DNA from: Monocercomonoides exilis PA203
Taxonomy: Eukaryota; Protista; Preaxostyla
DNA: 64,000 nt
Assembly: GCA_001643675.2 (NCBI GenBank)
Contig: LSRY02000066.1
Span: forward strand, 124,001 to 188,000
Reading direction: 5' to 3'
Below, piece after piece: positions 26,038 to 38,900 of this stretch. The position numbers and the translations under genes were made by a program. The notes beneath the pieces were generated by a model. That model was not told the origin of the DNA. It saw only the letters and a program-made list of their open reading frames with translations, and did not search any database. Position 1 is the first letter of the stretch, and each line of letters opens with the position of its first letter.

Positions 26038-26684
26038 ACGTATGTAGAATTATTAGTAGATATTTGAATAGTATTTTTGACTCTTTGTATTCCTTTTATT
26101 CGGGTGTTTGACAGTTAACATGATATTTAGATGAAATAATGTTTAACTGGTTTTAATTTCGTTTTTGGTAATTTCATTTTTACGAATGAATACTATTTTT
26201 TTAACGGGTTATTATCAGATTTATGATGCTGTATTGATTTTTTTAACAGGTGATTTTCAATGACTTGCATTTGTTTATATTTTTTTCAAAAAAAAGTTGA
26301 ATCTTGTTCGATAATATAAAGAAAATATCAACAATATGTGAGCGCATCGTATGCACTTCGAAAGCAATATTCGAAACAGATTTGAATGGATACCAGGGTA
26401 ATCTTTTTTCTGGTAATTATTTCTTTATTGGCACTTAAATTCTTTAATAAAAAATAATCTGACCCACAAATTATATTTTAAAATTATATTTTTGGTATGT
26501 GTTCAAATGTGAAGCATTCTCATATTTGAATTTTGAAAAAAAAAACCCGAGTTAACATGTGTGGGAGATATGTGTGTTCAAATCCTACCATTGAAGTTTT
26601 ATGAAAAATTGGATTGTACAAAGGTTTGAAAATCTTTCATATTCATTCAAAAATTTGAATATTAATCAAAAATTCTTCAATGAG

Positions 26685-26686
26685 AA

Positions 26687-26733
<47 letters not shown>

Positions 26734-26770
26734 AAAATAAAAATAAAAAAATAAAAATAAAAAAAAAAAA
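26685..26770 (+). repeat. (AAAT)n microsatellite grading into an A-rich tract
   Basis: About 12 perfect TAAA units, then degenerate A4-7T units and a terminal A run, ~20 nt upstream of the transposase ATG. Confidence 0.9.
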
Positions 26771-26788
26771 CTTTTCCGTAATATATAT

Positions 26789-28389
26789 ATGAAATTTACA
26801 GTGTAAAAGAAAGCTGAAGCGGAGCAGAAGCGGCTGAAGGAAGCAATGTCTTCATTGCATTACAGAAAATATAGTTCAAGATTGGAAAGGAAGCACACAT
26901 TGTTAATGACAATGTTGTCAGGTTTGTCGACAGGGTAAAATACTGTGGAATCAGCAAAAAATCTTTGGAGCACGCTGTTAAAGCAATAAAAAACGGCAGG
27001 CCTATTGCAAAAGTTGGGCACCCACCAATTATTTGCGGTGAAAAAGAAAAGCAATTCTTGGAAGAAGTTACAATAGAATCTCGATCTGGGACAAGCCACA
27101 CGTTACGAAAAGTGCGTGATCTGGTTTGCAATTGATATTTGAATTGTATATTAATTGGTATTAAGATGGAAAACATCATTAACGATAGTGAAGAAGAAGG
27201 AGAAAATGAAGAAAAGATAAAAAAGATAGTTACTCTAAAGACAGTTTACGCCTTCATAAAGCGCCATCCGGAATTGAAGTCTTCGCTGCCAAAGCAAGTT
27301 GATATTAACAGACTTGCAGCATCTTGTCAGAAAGTCCTAAAGCCGTGGTATACGGAATTGCAAGCATTACACGAAGAAAATAAATATCCAGAGGAATTAA
27401 TCTTCAATATCGATGAATCTTCGATTCGCATCCCAATTTCTTCACGCGGTGTTGTTGTTCATCCCGCAGATGAGCAAGCTGGATTCAAAAAGACTGCCGA
27501 ACGGATGCCGAATCCAACTCTCGTTGCTGGAATCGCTGCTGATGGCTTCTCGCTTCCCTCCATCGTGCTGTGGCCCAGCGCAACTCTTCCGAAAGAACAG
27601 ACAACACTGATAACTCCGTCTCTTGACATTTGGCCAAACACAAACGGCTGGATGGACAAAACATCATTCAAAAAATCCGCCTAAACAGTTCTTCTTTCTA
27701 CCATCGTTGATATAAGCAAACGAATTTCAAAAGAATCTCATCGTTGCATTTCTCTCCTGGACTTGCACTCATCATGGGCGGATCAAACGATATGGAGACA
27801 GTTCAATGAAGCTGAAATAAACGTCATCGCCTTCGTTCCACACGCGATGCTCAAATCACAACCACTTGGCAGATGTTAATTTGCAGTGTTGAAGTTGGAG
27901 CTATCAAACAATTACAGCTCTCCAACATCCACCTTCTCATCTTCAAAAAGAACAGCCATCGCTGATGAGTTTCCACAAGCCCTTTTCACAGCATTCACCC
28001 CATCCGTTATCAAAAAAGCCTTTATTAACTGCAGAATCCTCAGAAATGGATCTGGGTCTGTGTTGATGAAACTTCCTCAGTTTTCTCAATACTCCATTCC
28101 TTCTCATTCACATTGTTTCAACTTCTTCGGAAAAGAAATAACAAAAGAAAAGCTTCTTGATGAATGGGATGAATATCATGAAAAACACAAGATGAAAATT
28201 GAAGAACTTGAAGAAAAAGAAAAGAAAATTGAAGAAAAAGAATTGCCTTTGGAGAAATAAGTTAAAAGAAGATTCAGAAAAGTGACGAATGATGACGATG
28301 AAACAAGTGATGAATTTGAACCCTTTGAACGTGAAAATGGATAAAGAAAAGTTAGAAGAGTAATTGATTCGAGTTTTGTATTTTTTTGA
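26789..28389 (+). mobile_element. Decayed pogo/Tigger/Fot1-like (Tc1/mariner superfamily, DDE_1) transposase gene
   Basis: HTH/CENP-B-like segment (GHPPIICGEKEKQFL..TLRKVRDL) and DDE_1 motifs IFNIDES, NGWMD, LLDLHSS and VPHAMLKSQPLG (third Asp replaced by Gly). 42-nt GT-AG intron at 27124-27165, a frameshift near 26848, and in-frame stops at 26804, 26872, 27682, 27877, 28258 and 28342. Confidence 0.85.
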
Positions 28390-28865
28390 TGTGTTTTTAC
28401 CTTTTTTTCATTGCAAAAAAATTTTGTTCCAATGAAGGAAAAAGTTCCAATAAAAAGATGAATTAACATTTCCATTTTAGAAAAATACTATTAATAACAA
28501 AGCTTTTATTTCATGATGAAATAATAAAATATCACTGAGTATTGTTTTATAAACTTTTCCACTTGTACGTACAACATTTGTCACTGGTTAAAAAAAATGA
28601 GCGAGTAAATTGTATCCAAATAAGCTTAGATGCATATTATCGTGAAAGAAAAAGTGATTTTTCTCAATTTCGATCCACTTTTGTTTGCACAAAATCCCCA
28701 TATCAGCTTTTATCTTTCGTGTTATCAGCAGACTTTTTGCAGTTCCATTTTCTAATTCATCAATCCTTCTGCCGAGCCAACAAAGACATATCAAAGACAT
28801 TCTAGTGCTTTTATAAAAATGGCACACCAACAGAATTATGCAAATACTTTGTAAAACAGTCAAAC

Positions 28866-29160
28866 ACAATTGGTGCAAATCCATTACTCCTTCAGGCAGT
28901 TGATGCTTTGCTATCTTTCTTGTGATTACTTAGAATGCATCCATTTGCTCAACTGGCACAGAGCTTTTCCACCTGAACACAATTTCCCCGAAATACGGCA
29001 AACGACGAAGCTTAAGCTCATCAGATGCTACACCTGCAAATAAACTTGAAAATCTTAATTTTTTAGGAAAAACAAAAGCAAAAAACCCTGATAAATGATC
29101 CGCGTGCAGCAGTATACTCCCGCACGTTCACGATACTCCTCATGTAGATAATCAATCAAC
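28866..29160 (-). pseudogene. Degenerate PHD-finger-like coding remnant
   Basis: Minus-strand fragments GVYCC.., FVVCRISGKLCSGGKALCQLSKWMHSK* and WICTNC resemble the PHD pattern (WxHxxC...WxCxxC). Interrupted by stops, with an intron-like AT-rich gap ending TTTGCAG. Confidence 0.3.
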
Positions 29161-29924
29161 GTTTGCCATCGGAGATCCTTTGCATTCAAAGTGCTTTTCA
29201 AATAAAAACTTCATTCAATAGATTTGCTTCTTTGAAGCCTCTGCTCACGTTCAAAGGCTCTCTTTTCTGAATATTGCTCCAAATGTTTCTGCTCCAATGA
29301 TTTTGCGCAGCATGTCATGAATTGGGAATTTCCAAAAAACGTGAAGTCGTTTGTACCCTTTATGCCTTAAAAAATGCTTTGTTCTCAAAAAAGCATGATT
29401 TCCACCTGAATTCTGGTCTGGCTTCGCTTCAGAGCAAAACGTAAGATTGAAACATTTTTAAGAGTCAATTGAAGCACGTGCCACTTTTACTTGCAAATGA
29501 GCGAGAAATCTCCAGTTCAAATAATCAAGCACAATTGGAAGACGGGCAACATCTAAAATCCATTAACCCTTCTGATTATCAGATTGCCTTCATTTTCTTT
29601 CGAGATCATCCACTCCGTCATCTTCGTCAAAAGTATTATCCAATCGATAGCAGAATTGTTATGTTCAAAGCACCTTTCATGCGAATTTGAGAAACTTTTG
29701 ATGCCATTATAAAACAAAGATTCATAGAAATTGAAGAGTATATTCCCATCAGCCATAAGTTAACCTCGTTATCCTCGACATTATCGATTTATCTGCGAAT
29801 TACGATTTTTGAGAAAAGTGCGTCGAATATTATAATGGTTTGAATGACTATTATTATGGCTGAGTAGATCTTTCATTTTTATTTGATTTCCATTTTATTC
29901 ATTGTTTTTTGACTGCTCAAAGAA

Positions 29925-32900
29925 ATGATGATGCTTGGTCGATGCCATTTGATTTCATTTGCTATTGCTGTGCTGCTTATGCGTGAAAAGGATGCAGAAA
30001 TTGTTTCAAAAGAAAATGAGGATTTATTATTAAATGAGGAGTTGAAAACAGATTCATTAAAAGAAAAAGACAGATACATTGATAGAAAATACAATTGCAA
30101 GTCTGATATCACGAATTATCAGAAACAGAGAGGAAAAGATGATGGTGGTAACAAAAATCAAGAAATTGTTGAAAAGGCAAACCTAAAGAATGGAATCAAC
30201 GCAATGATTGACTATTTTGTACGCGAAGGGGTGATTGAACGCAGTATTTTGAATTCACATTTTGTGGTGATTAATTCGACATTAGAGGAATGCAATGTGC
30301 TATTTGTGCAGAGAACATGGAATGGGATGATTGAGATGAGTGGAAATTCAGTTCTAAAAATGAAATCGGATTTGATCGATTTTGACTCGCAATCTGAAGA
30401 ATCAGCATTTTTAGCAAGAAGCGGAGAAATCTATTTTGAAAATATAAGTGCTTTGCCAACTGGCCTTTCTCGACCAATCCAAGCATTTGTGGACAATGCA
30501 CAAGATGGAGATGAAAGCACTCTTAAAGTGTCTTTTGTAAAGAGCACATTGAGGCAGATAAGCATTGCTTCTTCTTCATCGTGCTTAGTTCAGGGCTTGG
30601 CGGGGAACGTCAACATTCATGAATGCTGTTTCATGAATGTGTCTCAATGTGTGAAACAAAAAAGAAAATCTTCACTTTCCCACAGCCAGATGAAATGGGT
30701 GAAAAGTGAAGTTGACAACAGTGAATTCGTTGGATGCAACAATCCGCAATATGGAACAGTGATTGTTACCACAGAAGAAACATTGACAATGAAGAATTCG
30801 TCATTTGAGCATTGCACAATAACACACACACCAGTGAACGGATCAAGAAACTCTTATTCGTCTGGCGATGTTGTTGCTTCGTCTATCGTTTTTTCTGATA
30901 TGACAAGCAAAATCGAACCATGTTTGGCTATATATGCAGAGAAAACAGCAACATTAGTAATTGACAAATGTGTATTTAGAAATATCAGTTCGAATATTGA
31001 TGAAAATATATATGGCGGAGCAGTGCACCATGAAGGAAATGGTTATCACAAGTCCAGAGGATGTAATTACACAAATTGCTCATCAATATATGCAAGTGGT
31101 GCTCTTGATGTCGAGGCGAAAGGAGATAAATTCATTCAAAATTGTAAAATTATTGGATGCAGTAGCATGCATTATTCAGGCATTTTTCTATTTTTTGATA
31201 CGAACAATTCAATATTTAGCAACAATCTAATTCGAGAATGCATTGCAAGTGGTTATGGTGCTGGCGCTGGTGTATATGTTGGAAATAACACAGCAATATT
31301 ATCTGAATGCAGATTTTCTTCATGCGTATCCAGCAATTATTGTGGAACTTTGTCGTTTGTCTGGGGAGTGGAAGGTTTTACAAAAGGATTTGTTTGGATC
31401 CGTTTCTGCACGTTTGATAACAACACGGTTGATATGGAGGATGGGGGATGCGATATTGGATCGTGGAATGATACTTTTTATAACAACAAAGTTGTGAAGG
31501 ATTCTTTTATATCATCGTTTTCATTGAGCACACAATCAATTCGGGTGATGATTGGACGAGTCAATCACACCGAATGGCTTCCAAATCCACCTATTGAAAA
31601 TCTTTTTGTGCATGTTTCATCGGTGCTTGGAGATGACAGTCGGAGTGGTTGTGGATGTGAAGTGATTCCTTGCCAGTCGATTGGAAAAGGAGTGCTTCAG
31701 AGAAAGGATGGTCAGTGGCTGATTGTGAGTGAGGGGGCATATTCACATGATTGTCTTCCTGTGCTTAACATGAATGTGAACATGAATGGAGGGAATGTGG
31801 AAATATCAACGCTAACCTCTTGTGGAACAGGCAATGGAAAGGCGCTGTTTGAAGTGACAACAGGAACTTTGGCGATTGAACATTTCGCAATTGTCCACTC
31901 GAGTTCAGAGTCAGACCCTAGCTCGTCAGTTACTGCGATGAGTGGAAATGGAAAAATGGAGCTGAGCGATTGCGAGGTGTGCTCGAAAGAGGAGGATTCC
32001 GTCCCATTTACAAAATCGATGATTGTTGTGGAACATGGTTTGGCAACTTTCCGCTTTGTCAGATTCAGTAATTTCAGGAGCACAAAGCAACTGATATCAT
32101 TTTCATCACCATCAGTGATATCTGTTGAATCAGTCAAATTTCATTCGATTACTCGGACAATTGGGGATGGTGCAGTGCTTGAGGTGAGTGTGAAGGGCGG
32201 AGAGGAGCTGTCGCTGAACAACATTTCATTTGACAAATGCAAGAGCTACGGAGGAAATGGGGGAGGTATTTGGGTGGAATTGGAGAGAGGAGGATTGTTT
32301 GGGATGGGGAATACAAGTGATGTGAGCAAGGGAGTGAGGATGAGGGAGTGTGAGACAATGGTGAATGAGAGTACAGGGAAAGGTGGATGTGGAGGAGGGG
32401 TTTATATTAATGTTGGGGATGGGGTAGATTCGTTTGTGTTGAAGAGGGTCCAGTTCGTTGGATGCATAGCAGCAAAAGGGAAAAGCTTGTTTGTGAATGC
32501 AGAGCAGCTGAGTGGGCTGATCAACAGAAATTCGATTGGGTTTGATCTTGTGCAATCTGATTTGGAAGAGCTGAGAGGGCGAGAGAGCTCGATAATGGTT
32601 GAGGGAGCGAGTGTTCCGCTTGTGGTGTTTCTGTGGACAAACACAAATAGTTTTGGGCATGTTGGGGGAGAAGATGGAGTGGATTTCAGCAGGTGTGGAT
32701 TTGAGGAGGTACCATGCTCATCGATAAAACAGGCGATAAACGTGTGGTTTCCTGAGAAGAATCGATTCATCAAGATCCACTCACTGTTTGTTTTGAGTGA
32801 GGAGCTGAGTGTGAACAGCTACGAATGGAACATCACAGGAAGCGAACCAGAAGCACAAGTGGAAGTGTGGAGCAGTGGAAGTGTGGAGCAGTGGAAGTGG

Positions 32901-35900
32901 GGAGCAGGAAGGAGTTGTGGAGACGAGTGTGAAAGCATGGATTGGGGATTTGAGTGTGCGGGTGGGGGATGGAATAGGGGTGTATCAGGCAGTGGTGGTG
33001 TGTCGAAGTGGGGTTCTGAGTATGAGCAAGTGTGGGATGAAGGGAAGCGTTGGTGTGGTTGGGCTGAGCTTTGTGAAAGTGGTTGGAGGGAATGTGGAAA
33101 TATCAGAGATGGGGATATCAGCAATTGAATTTGGGGAAGCATCTACGCTGGTTGCTGGAGGAGGGAGTAGAAGCAAGAGCGAGAGCAAGAGCAGCGATGA
33201 TGGAAGTTGCTGTTTGAAAGTGAATGACTCGGTGTTTGAGCAGATAAGGATGAGAGACTGGAGTGTTGTGAGGTGTGGAGATGGGGCTGATGTGAATATA
33301 AAGAACTGCACATTTACGAGGGTGAGCCGCACAAGCGGAAGCGGAGGGAGTGTTTGTGTAGAGGATGGTCAGAGCACAAGAGAGACAGCTGTTGTTGTTT
33401 CAGAAAGTGAATTTGAGGAGAGTGCTGTTGAGGAGGATGGAGCAGGAGGAGGAGGAATCTGGGGGAGGCTTACTGCAACAAGAAAGGTGGAAGTTGGATC
33501 TTGCACATTGAAGGGGTGCAGAGCACCGAGTGGAGAGAAAAGGGGGTATGGAGGAGGAATGTATCTGGACGTTGTGGAAGCGAGTGCTCCCTTTGTGGTT
33601 GCAGCACCACAGTTCATAGGAGAGAATCCGAATACTGCGAAGGAAGGAAATGATTTGTTTGTTGTGTCACCAAATCTGATGGTGAGCATGAGAAACAGCA
33701 CGCTTCCGTTTGCAGCAGAAATGGAAGGGATGGATTTGGATTCGATTCGAGGATTCAATGGATCTGACAGGAGCGAAAGTATCCCACTGATCTTGTATTT
33801 CAAAGAGGTGGGATCGAAGATATATGTATCAGGGGAGAGAGGAAAGGATATTGCAGTGTGCGGGTTTGATGAGTATCCGTGCAAGAGTGCTGATTATTGT
33901 CTGGTGAGGCTGGAATCAAAGGAAGAGAAACAAGTGGTTGTGAAAGGGGGTGTAACAATGGGAAGGGAAATTGATCTGAGCGATGTGGATATTCGGGGAG
34001 AAGGTGAAAGGAGAGCAGAGATGGATGTGATTGGTGCTGTGGAAAGGGTGAGCGGGAAGATGATGAGATCTCAGAGAGTGACAAGAATTTGCAAGCTGGA
34101 TATTAAGTTGCCTGCTCAACTTGGGAATGAGATGAGTGCTGCCTTCCATTCATGGACTGCGGGAGGAGAGTTGAGGATTGAGAACTGCTTGATGGGAATG
34201 AAAAGTGGAGAGACGGAAAAGATTGGGTATTATTTGATCTGTGCTGAAGGGAAAGTGCTGAGCTTGAATTGGGTGAGGATTGAAGGTATGAAATCATCTC
34301 AGTCGTTATTCAGCGTGAGCTTAATTGCCTTGGATGCAGATGAAGAGAGAGGAAATAGTCGGTCTATTGATATCAGAAACAGCTCATTTACGAGTGTGAC
34401 AATACCTGCAAATGATTGTGCAGCACTTTTTGGATCGAGGATAGGAGTTGGCTTTGAGATGGAAGAATGCAACATTTCTGATGTTGTGTCTGAGGGGAGT
34501 GGTGAAGGAGGGGCAATGAAGTTTGTTGTCGAGGGATCAGGATGGGTTGAAATGATGAGGTGCATGATTGATGGATGCAAGGCAGAGACAACAGGTTTTG
34601 GGAAAGGAGGAGGGATATATGTTGAGTGTGGAAGAGGATTTCCAGTTTCTTTTTCAGAGATAGTGCTTGAGAGTTGTGATGCTTATTGTGGGAAAAACAT
34701 TTTTGTTAAGGGATACAAGTTGTGGAGTGATATTGAGAAATCAAAGTTGAATGTGGAGATACCATTTGAAAAGGAGATGTTGAATGAGTTTGTTGGATAT
34801 GATGAGGAAGAATCAGTGTATATTCCATTGGCAGCGTTTGTGGCTACGTTGGAAGGGAAGGGATATGTGGGAGGAGAAAGTGGGATTGATTATCCGATGT
34901 GCGGGTATGAGTGGTTTGCATGCAAGACAATTGGATATATGGGGGAATGGCGGTTCAGAGGCGAGAAGGCGAATGTATTACTGCAGAATACGTTCAGTTT
35001 CAGAGACCGGATTGTGCTTGATGGACAAAGTTTTGAGATTTGTGCTCAAAATGAGGGAGGCGAAGTGAGAGTTGAAGGAGGAGGCGGTGGAGAAGGAAGT
35101 GGGCTGATTGAAATTCAGGGCAATGTGCAGCTGGAAAAGATGACTCTCGTGCTTCCATCGGTGTTTGAGCCTTTATCGAGGGAGTGCTTGTTTTTGAGCA
35201 AGTCAGCATCTCTGACGCTTGAAGAGATGGAGATAAAGATGGAGGCTTCTGGACAGGGATGCAGATATTGGATGGTGAAGAGTATGGGAGGGAGTGTGAA
35301 AGTAAGAGGGATGGTGATGAGAAGGACTGAGTTTACTGGGGCAGGAGTGATCGAGATGAGTGGAGCAGAGGTTCTTGGAAATGTGAATGGGCTTGTGATG
35401 GAAGAAATAAAGATGAAAGGTGTGGGAGGGCTGGTGGTGATAAAAGGTGGTGCGAAAGTGGAAGTGATGAACTCTTCTGTGAAGGAGGCTACGTTTGAAA
35501 ACCATTGTGGAATGAGCTTGGAAAGAGGAAGTGGATTGGTGATGACAGGGTGCAACATGAGTAGAGTCAAGAGAGAGGGTGGAGATGGAGGAGGGGTGGC
35601 TGGAGTGGTTGGAAGCTGGCAAAGAGTGGAGATGAAGGGATGTGAACTCAAGACGATGGGATGCTCTTCATCTGGATCTGGGGGAGGAAGCGTGAAGATG
35701 GTTGTGGAAAAAGGAGGAGAGTTTGTGTTTGACTCAAACGAGGTGCGTGAGAGCAAGGTTCCAGCACTTGAAGGAAATGGAGGAGGGGTGCATCTGACAC
35801 TGGAAGGCAAGGATCTGAAATATTCGATGAAGGGATTGATGCTTGAAGAGAACGATGCACAATATGGGAAGGATGTGTATCTTGTTTGTCCATCACCGAG

Positions 35901-38900
35901 AGAAATGGTTGATCCTCTGTTGTGGAGCGGGAGCGCATCAAAGGAAGAAGAGGAGAGACGAAAGTGGGTAGTGGATCCAGGGGATGAACGGATGAACATG
36001 ACTCTGTTGAGATTTCTGTTTCCGCTTGATGAGGATATTATTTATGTGGATGAAGAATTGGGAAGAGAGGTTGATGGATGCGGATCGAGTGTGAACCCCT
36101 GCAACGAACTGGGATATGGATATGGGAAGCTGGGAGATGCGAAAACAATCCTGCACGTCCAGAACAAGGCGAAACTTGTGAGCTTGATTGAGAGAGCAGA
36201 TGCAAAGTTGACTATTCGAGGGGAAGAGTTGAAATCTGAGCTTATTGTTGAAGAAGCAGGGCGTGTGGTGCTTAAATCTGGAACACAGTCAACGTGGTTG
36301 ACTTTCCAGAACATTATGTTCACATTGCATGGAAGTGGAGGAAAATACAATGATGTGATTGTGGGAAATGTGGGGAGAGTGTGGATCGTGGGATGTGAAT
36401 TTGGGAGCAAGAATGGAACTCAAGCTGAGTGTTCGAGGTGGATTGTTTGTGGGGGAGGGAGCAGTGTGCAGATAGAGAACTCGACTGTGGGAGCGATTGA
36501 GTTTGTTGGAAGAGGAGGACTGTGCAAGATAACATCGGGAAGTGTGGTGATGGTGGGATGTTTCGTAGAAGATGTGAAGGGTGAAGAGAACAGTATGATT
36601 TTGTGCGAAGAAGGAGCAAGCGTGTGCGTGAATAGAACAACGATAACAAGATGTGAAATGGGGAGCGGAGGGATGATAGAGGCAAGAAACGCATCTACTG
36701 TGGAAATTTTGGAAGGAACAAAATTTGAAGGATGCTCATCTGATTCAGGAGATGGAGCATGCCTTCACTGTGAGGTTGTGGGGAGCAGGAGAGTTGCAAT
36801 AAAGAATGCAGGATTTAAAAGGTGCTTTGTGGATGAAAGATGTGGAAGAGGAGGAGGAATTTATCTGAGGTTGAAGGAAGATGTAGAGAGTGACATAGAA
36901 CTGTCTGGTCTCGAATTTGGAGAGAACATGGCATTTGCAGGAAGAGATGCGTTTGTGGAGTGCGAAGAGCTGAACAAGTCAATGAAAAAGGAGAGGCTGC
37001 AGATTGAGATGTTTGATGCAGATGGGAGGCAGATTGCGTTTATGGAAGGAACCGAGAAGGGAGCATTTGACGGGCATGTGGTGGATCTTGGAATGTTTTT
37101 ATTTGAGTATTGCTCAGAAACAGTTGCCGTGTGTAGTCAGACAGGCATTGATATTGTAGGGTGTGGAAGAGCAGAGATGCCATGCAACACTTTCTGGTCT
37201 GGGTTTCAGCATGTGAATTGGTCAGCTTCAGGGATGAAGCAGATGGTACTTGAGGGGACAATGAGTGTCCGCGACACGTTTTGTGTGTCTTTGCTGAGAA
37301 TCGTTTCGTCAAGCGATGAAAAAAACTGTGTTATCCACTTTGAGGCAGATCTGGAGACAGCCAAGGGAGATGAAGTATTTTTGGCATCAGCAGATGTTTC
37401 TTTCAGCGGCATTTCATTTGTTATTCCCTCGGCATTTGCACCAGAGAGATTCTGCTTGGTTTTACTGGATCCAAATGCAGAATCCTTTGCAGAGTTTAGT
37501 TTCACAAACTGTTCATTCCAGTGTGTTGAATCCGTGAATGCAAATTTAGCAATTGGGTATTGCTTGATTGAAGCAAAAGGAGGGATGGTTGGGATAGAGA
37601 ACTGCACATTTGGAAACTTTTTATTTAGCACACCTCCACTCGTATTTTTGTCAACCGCAACCATCGATGGATGCACATTTGAGTCGATGGAAACACCAAA
37701 TAGCAAACGTGGAGGAGCAATAAAAGTGAATTTTGGTTCAAATGATCAGCTCATCGTAAAGAAGACGAAATTGATAGGATGTGGATGTTCAATAGAGAAA
37801 GGAAAGGGAGGAGGAATGTATGTGGACTGCGCGAAATCAACAGCTGATGAGCCATTTGTGCTTGAAAACATGATATTTGAGAAGAACAAGGCGTTTGCAG
37901 GAGAAAACGTTTTTGTTGTGAGTTCGTGTTTGAACAGTTCAGTAACAGAGCATTCGTTTCTGTTTAGCTATGAGCAAATGAGCACCAATGGAAAGGAGTT
38001 TATGGGGAGTGATGATCAGTTTGTCGATACAGATCTGCTGCGTTTCTTGGTGTTGTACAAGAGCAGTGCGATCCATGTGTCATCGAGTGGAGCAGATGTG
38101 AAGCGCTGTGGAAGTGAGGCTGAACCATGCCAGTCATTCTGGAGCGGGATGAGTAATATTGAGAGAAATGAAAGTGGGATGGAGATTGTTATTTGTGGAG
38201 AAACAACAGTTGCTGACGAATATGATGTTTTAATGCTCAGGATTGGATCATATGGAAGTGATGCAGGAGAACAATTGAAAGGGAAAATGATAATTGTCGG
38301 AAAACAGAGTGGCAGGACAGGAGCGTATTTTGTGAACAGAGAAAGATTGGAAGTGGAATTGATTCACTTTGTGATAAGAGCGCAATTTGACAGTTTGTCA
38401 AACTATGTGATTGTGAACGAGGAAGGGAGATTAGAAGTAAAGAAGTGTGGAGTTGAGATGAGGGATGTGAACGGTGAGGCGGCTGGATGCAGTTTTGCGG
38501 AGATGAGGAAGGGATAATTGAATGTGGAAAGTTTGGAAATGGAAGCATCGGTGATCGAAAAGAGTGTATTTGTGATTTTTGAAGAGTGCCAATGTAAGTG
38601 CGAAGGGTTGAGCCTTCTTGCAACAGAGATAAGGAGAGGGTGTCTGTTTGAGATTGCTGATGGGTTGGGCAGAGCAAACGAAAGAGGCAAACTGGAATTG
38701 AATGAATCTTCGTTGAGCATGATATCGAGAGGAGACAATGGAGGAAGCGTTATCCGTGTTGGTGCAACAGGAGGAGGAGCAGGAGAGGAGAATGTAAATG
38801 GGGTGAATGTGGAAGTGAGTGGATGCGAATTTGTTGATTGCAAGGCAGAAGCAAGCATGGGTGGGGGAGTGATGTTTGTGTGGCTGAGGGATGGAGGAGC

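Noticed and set aside
26797-26803. TA-CAGTG as a Tc1-type left end
   Set aside because: It lies inside the transposase's first codons and no matching CACTG-TA right end was found.
32867-32891. 25-nt GT..AG micro-intron that would formally repair the frameshift
   Set aside because: It is G-rich with no pyrimidine/AT tract and shorter than the other introns here (42 nt or more). An exact 16-nt duplication explains the shift more simply.
32859-32906. CRISPR-like or telomeric repeat
   Set aside because: There are no spacers, only three adjacent units inside eukaryotic coding sequence.
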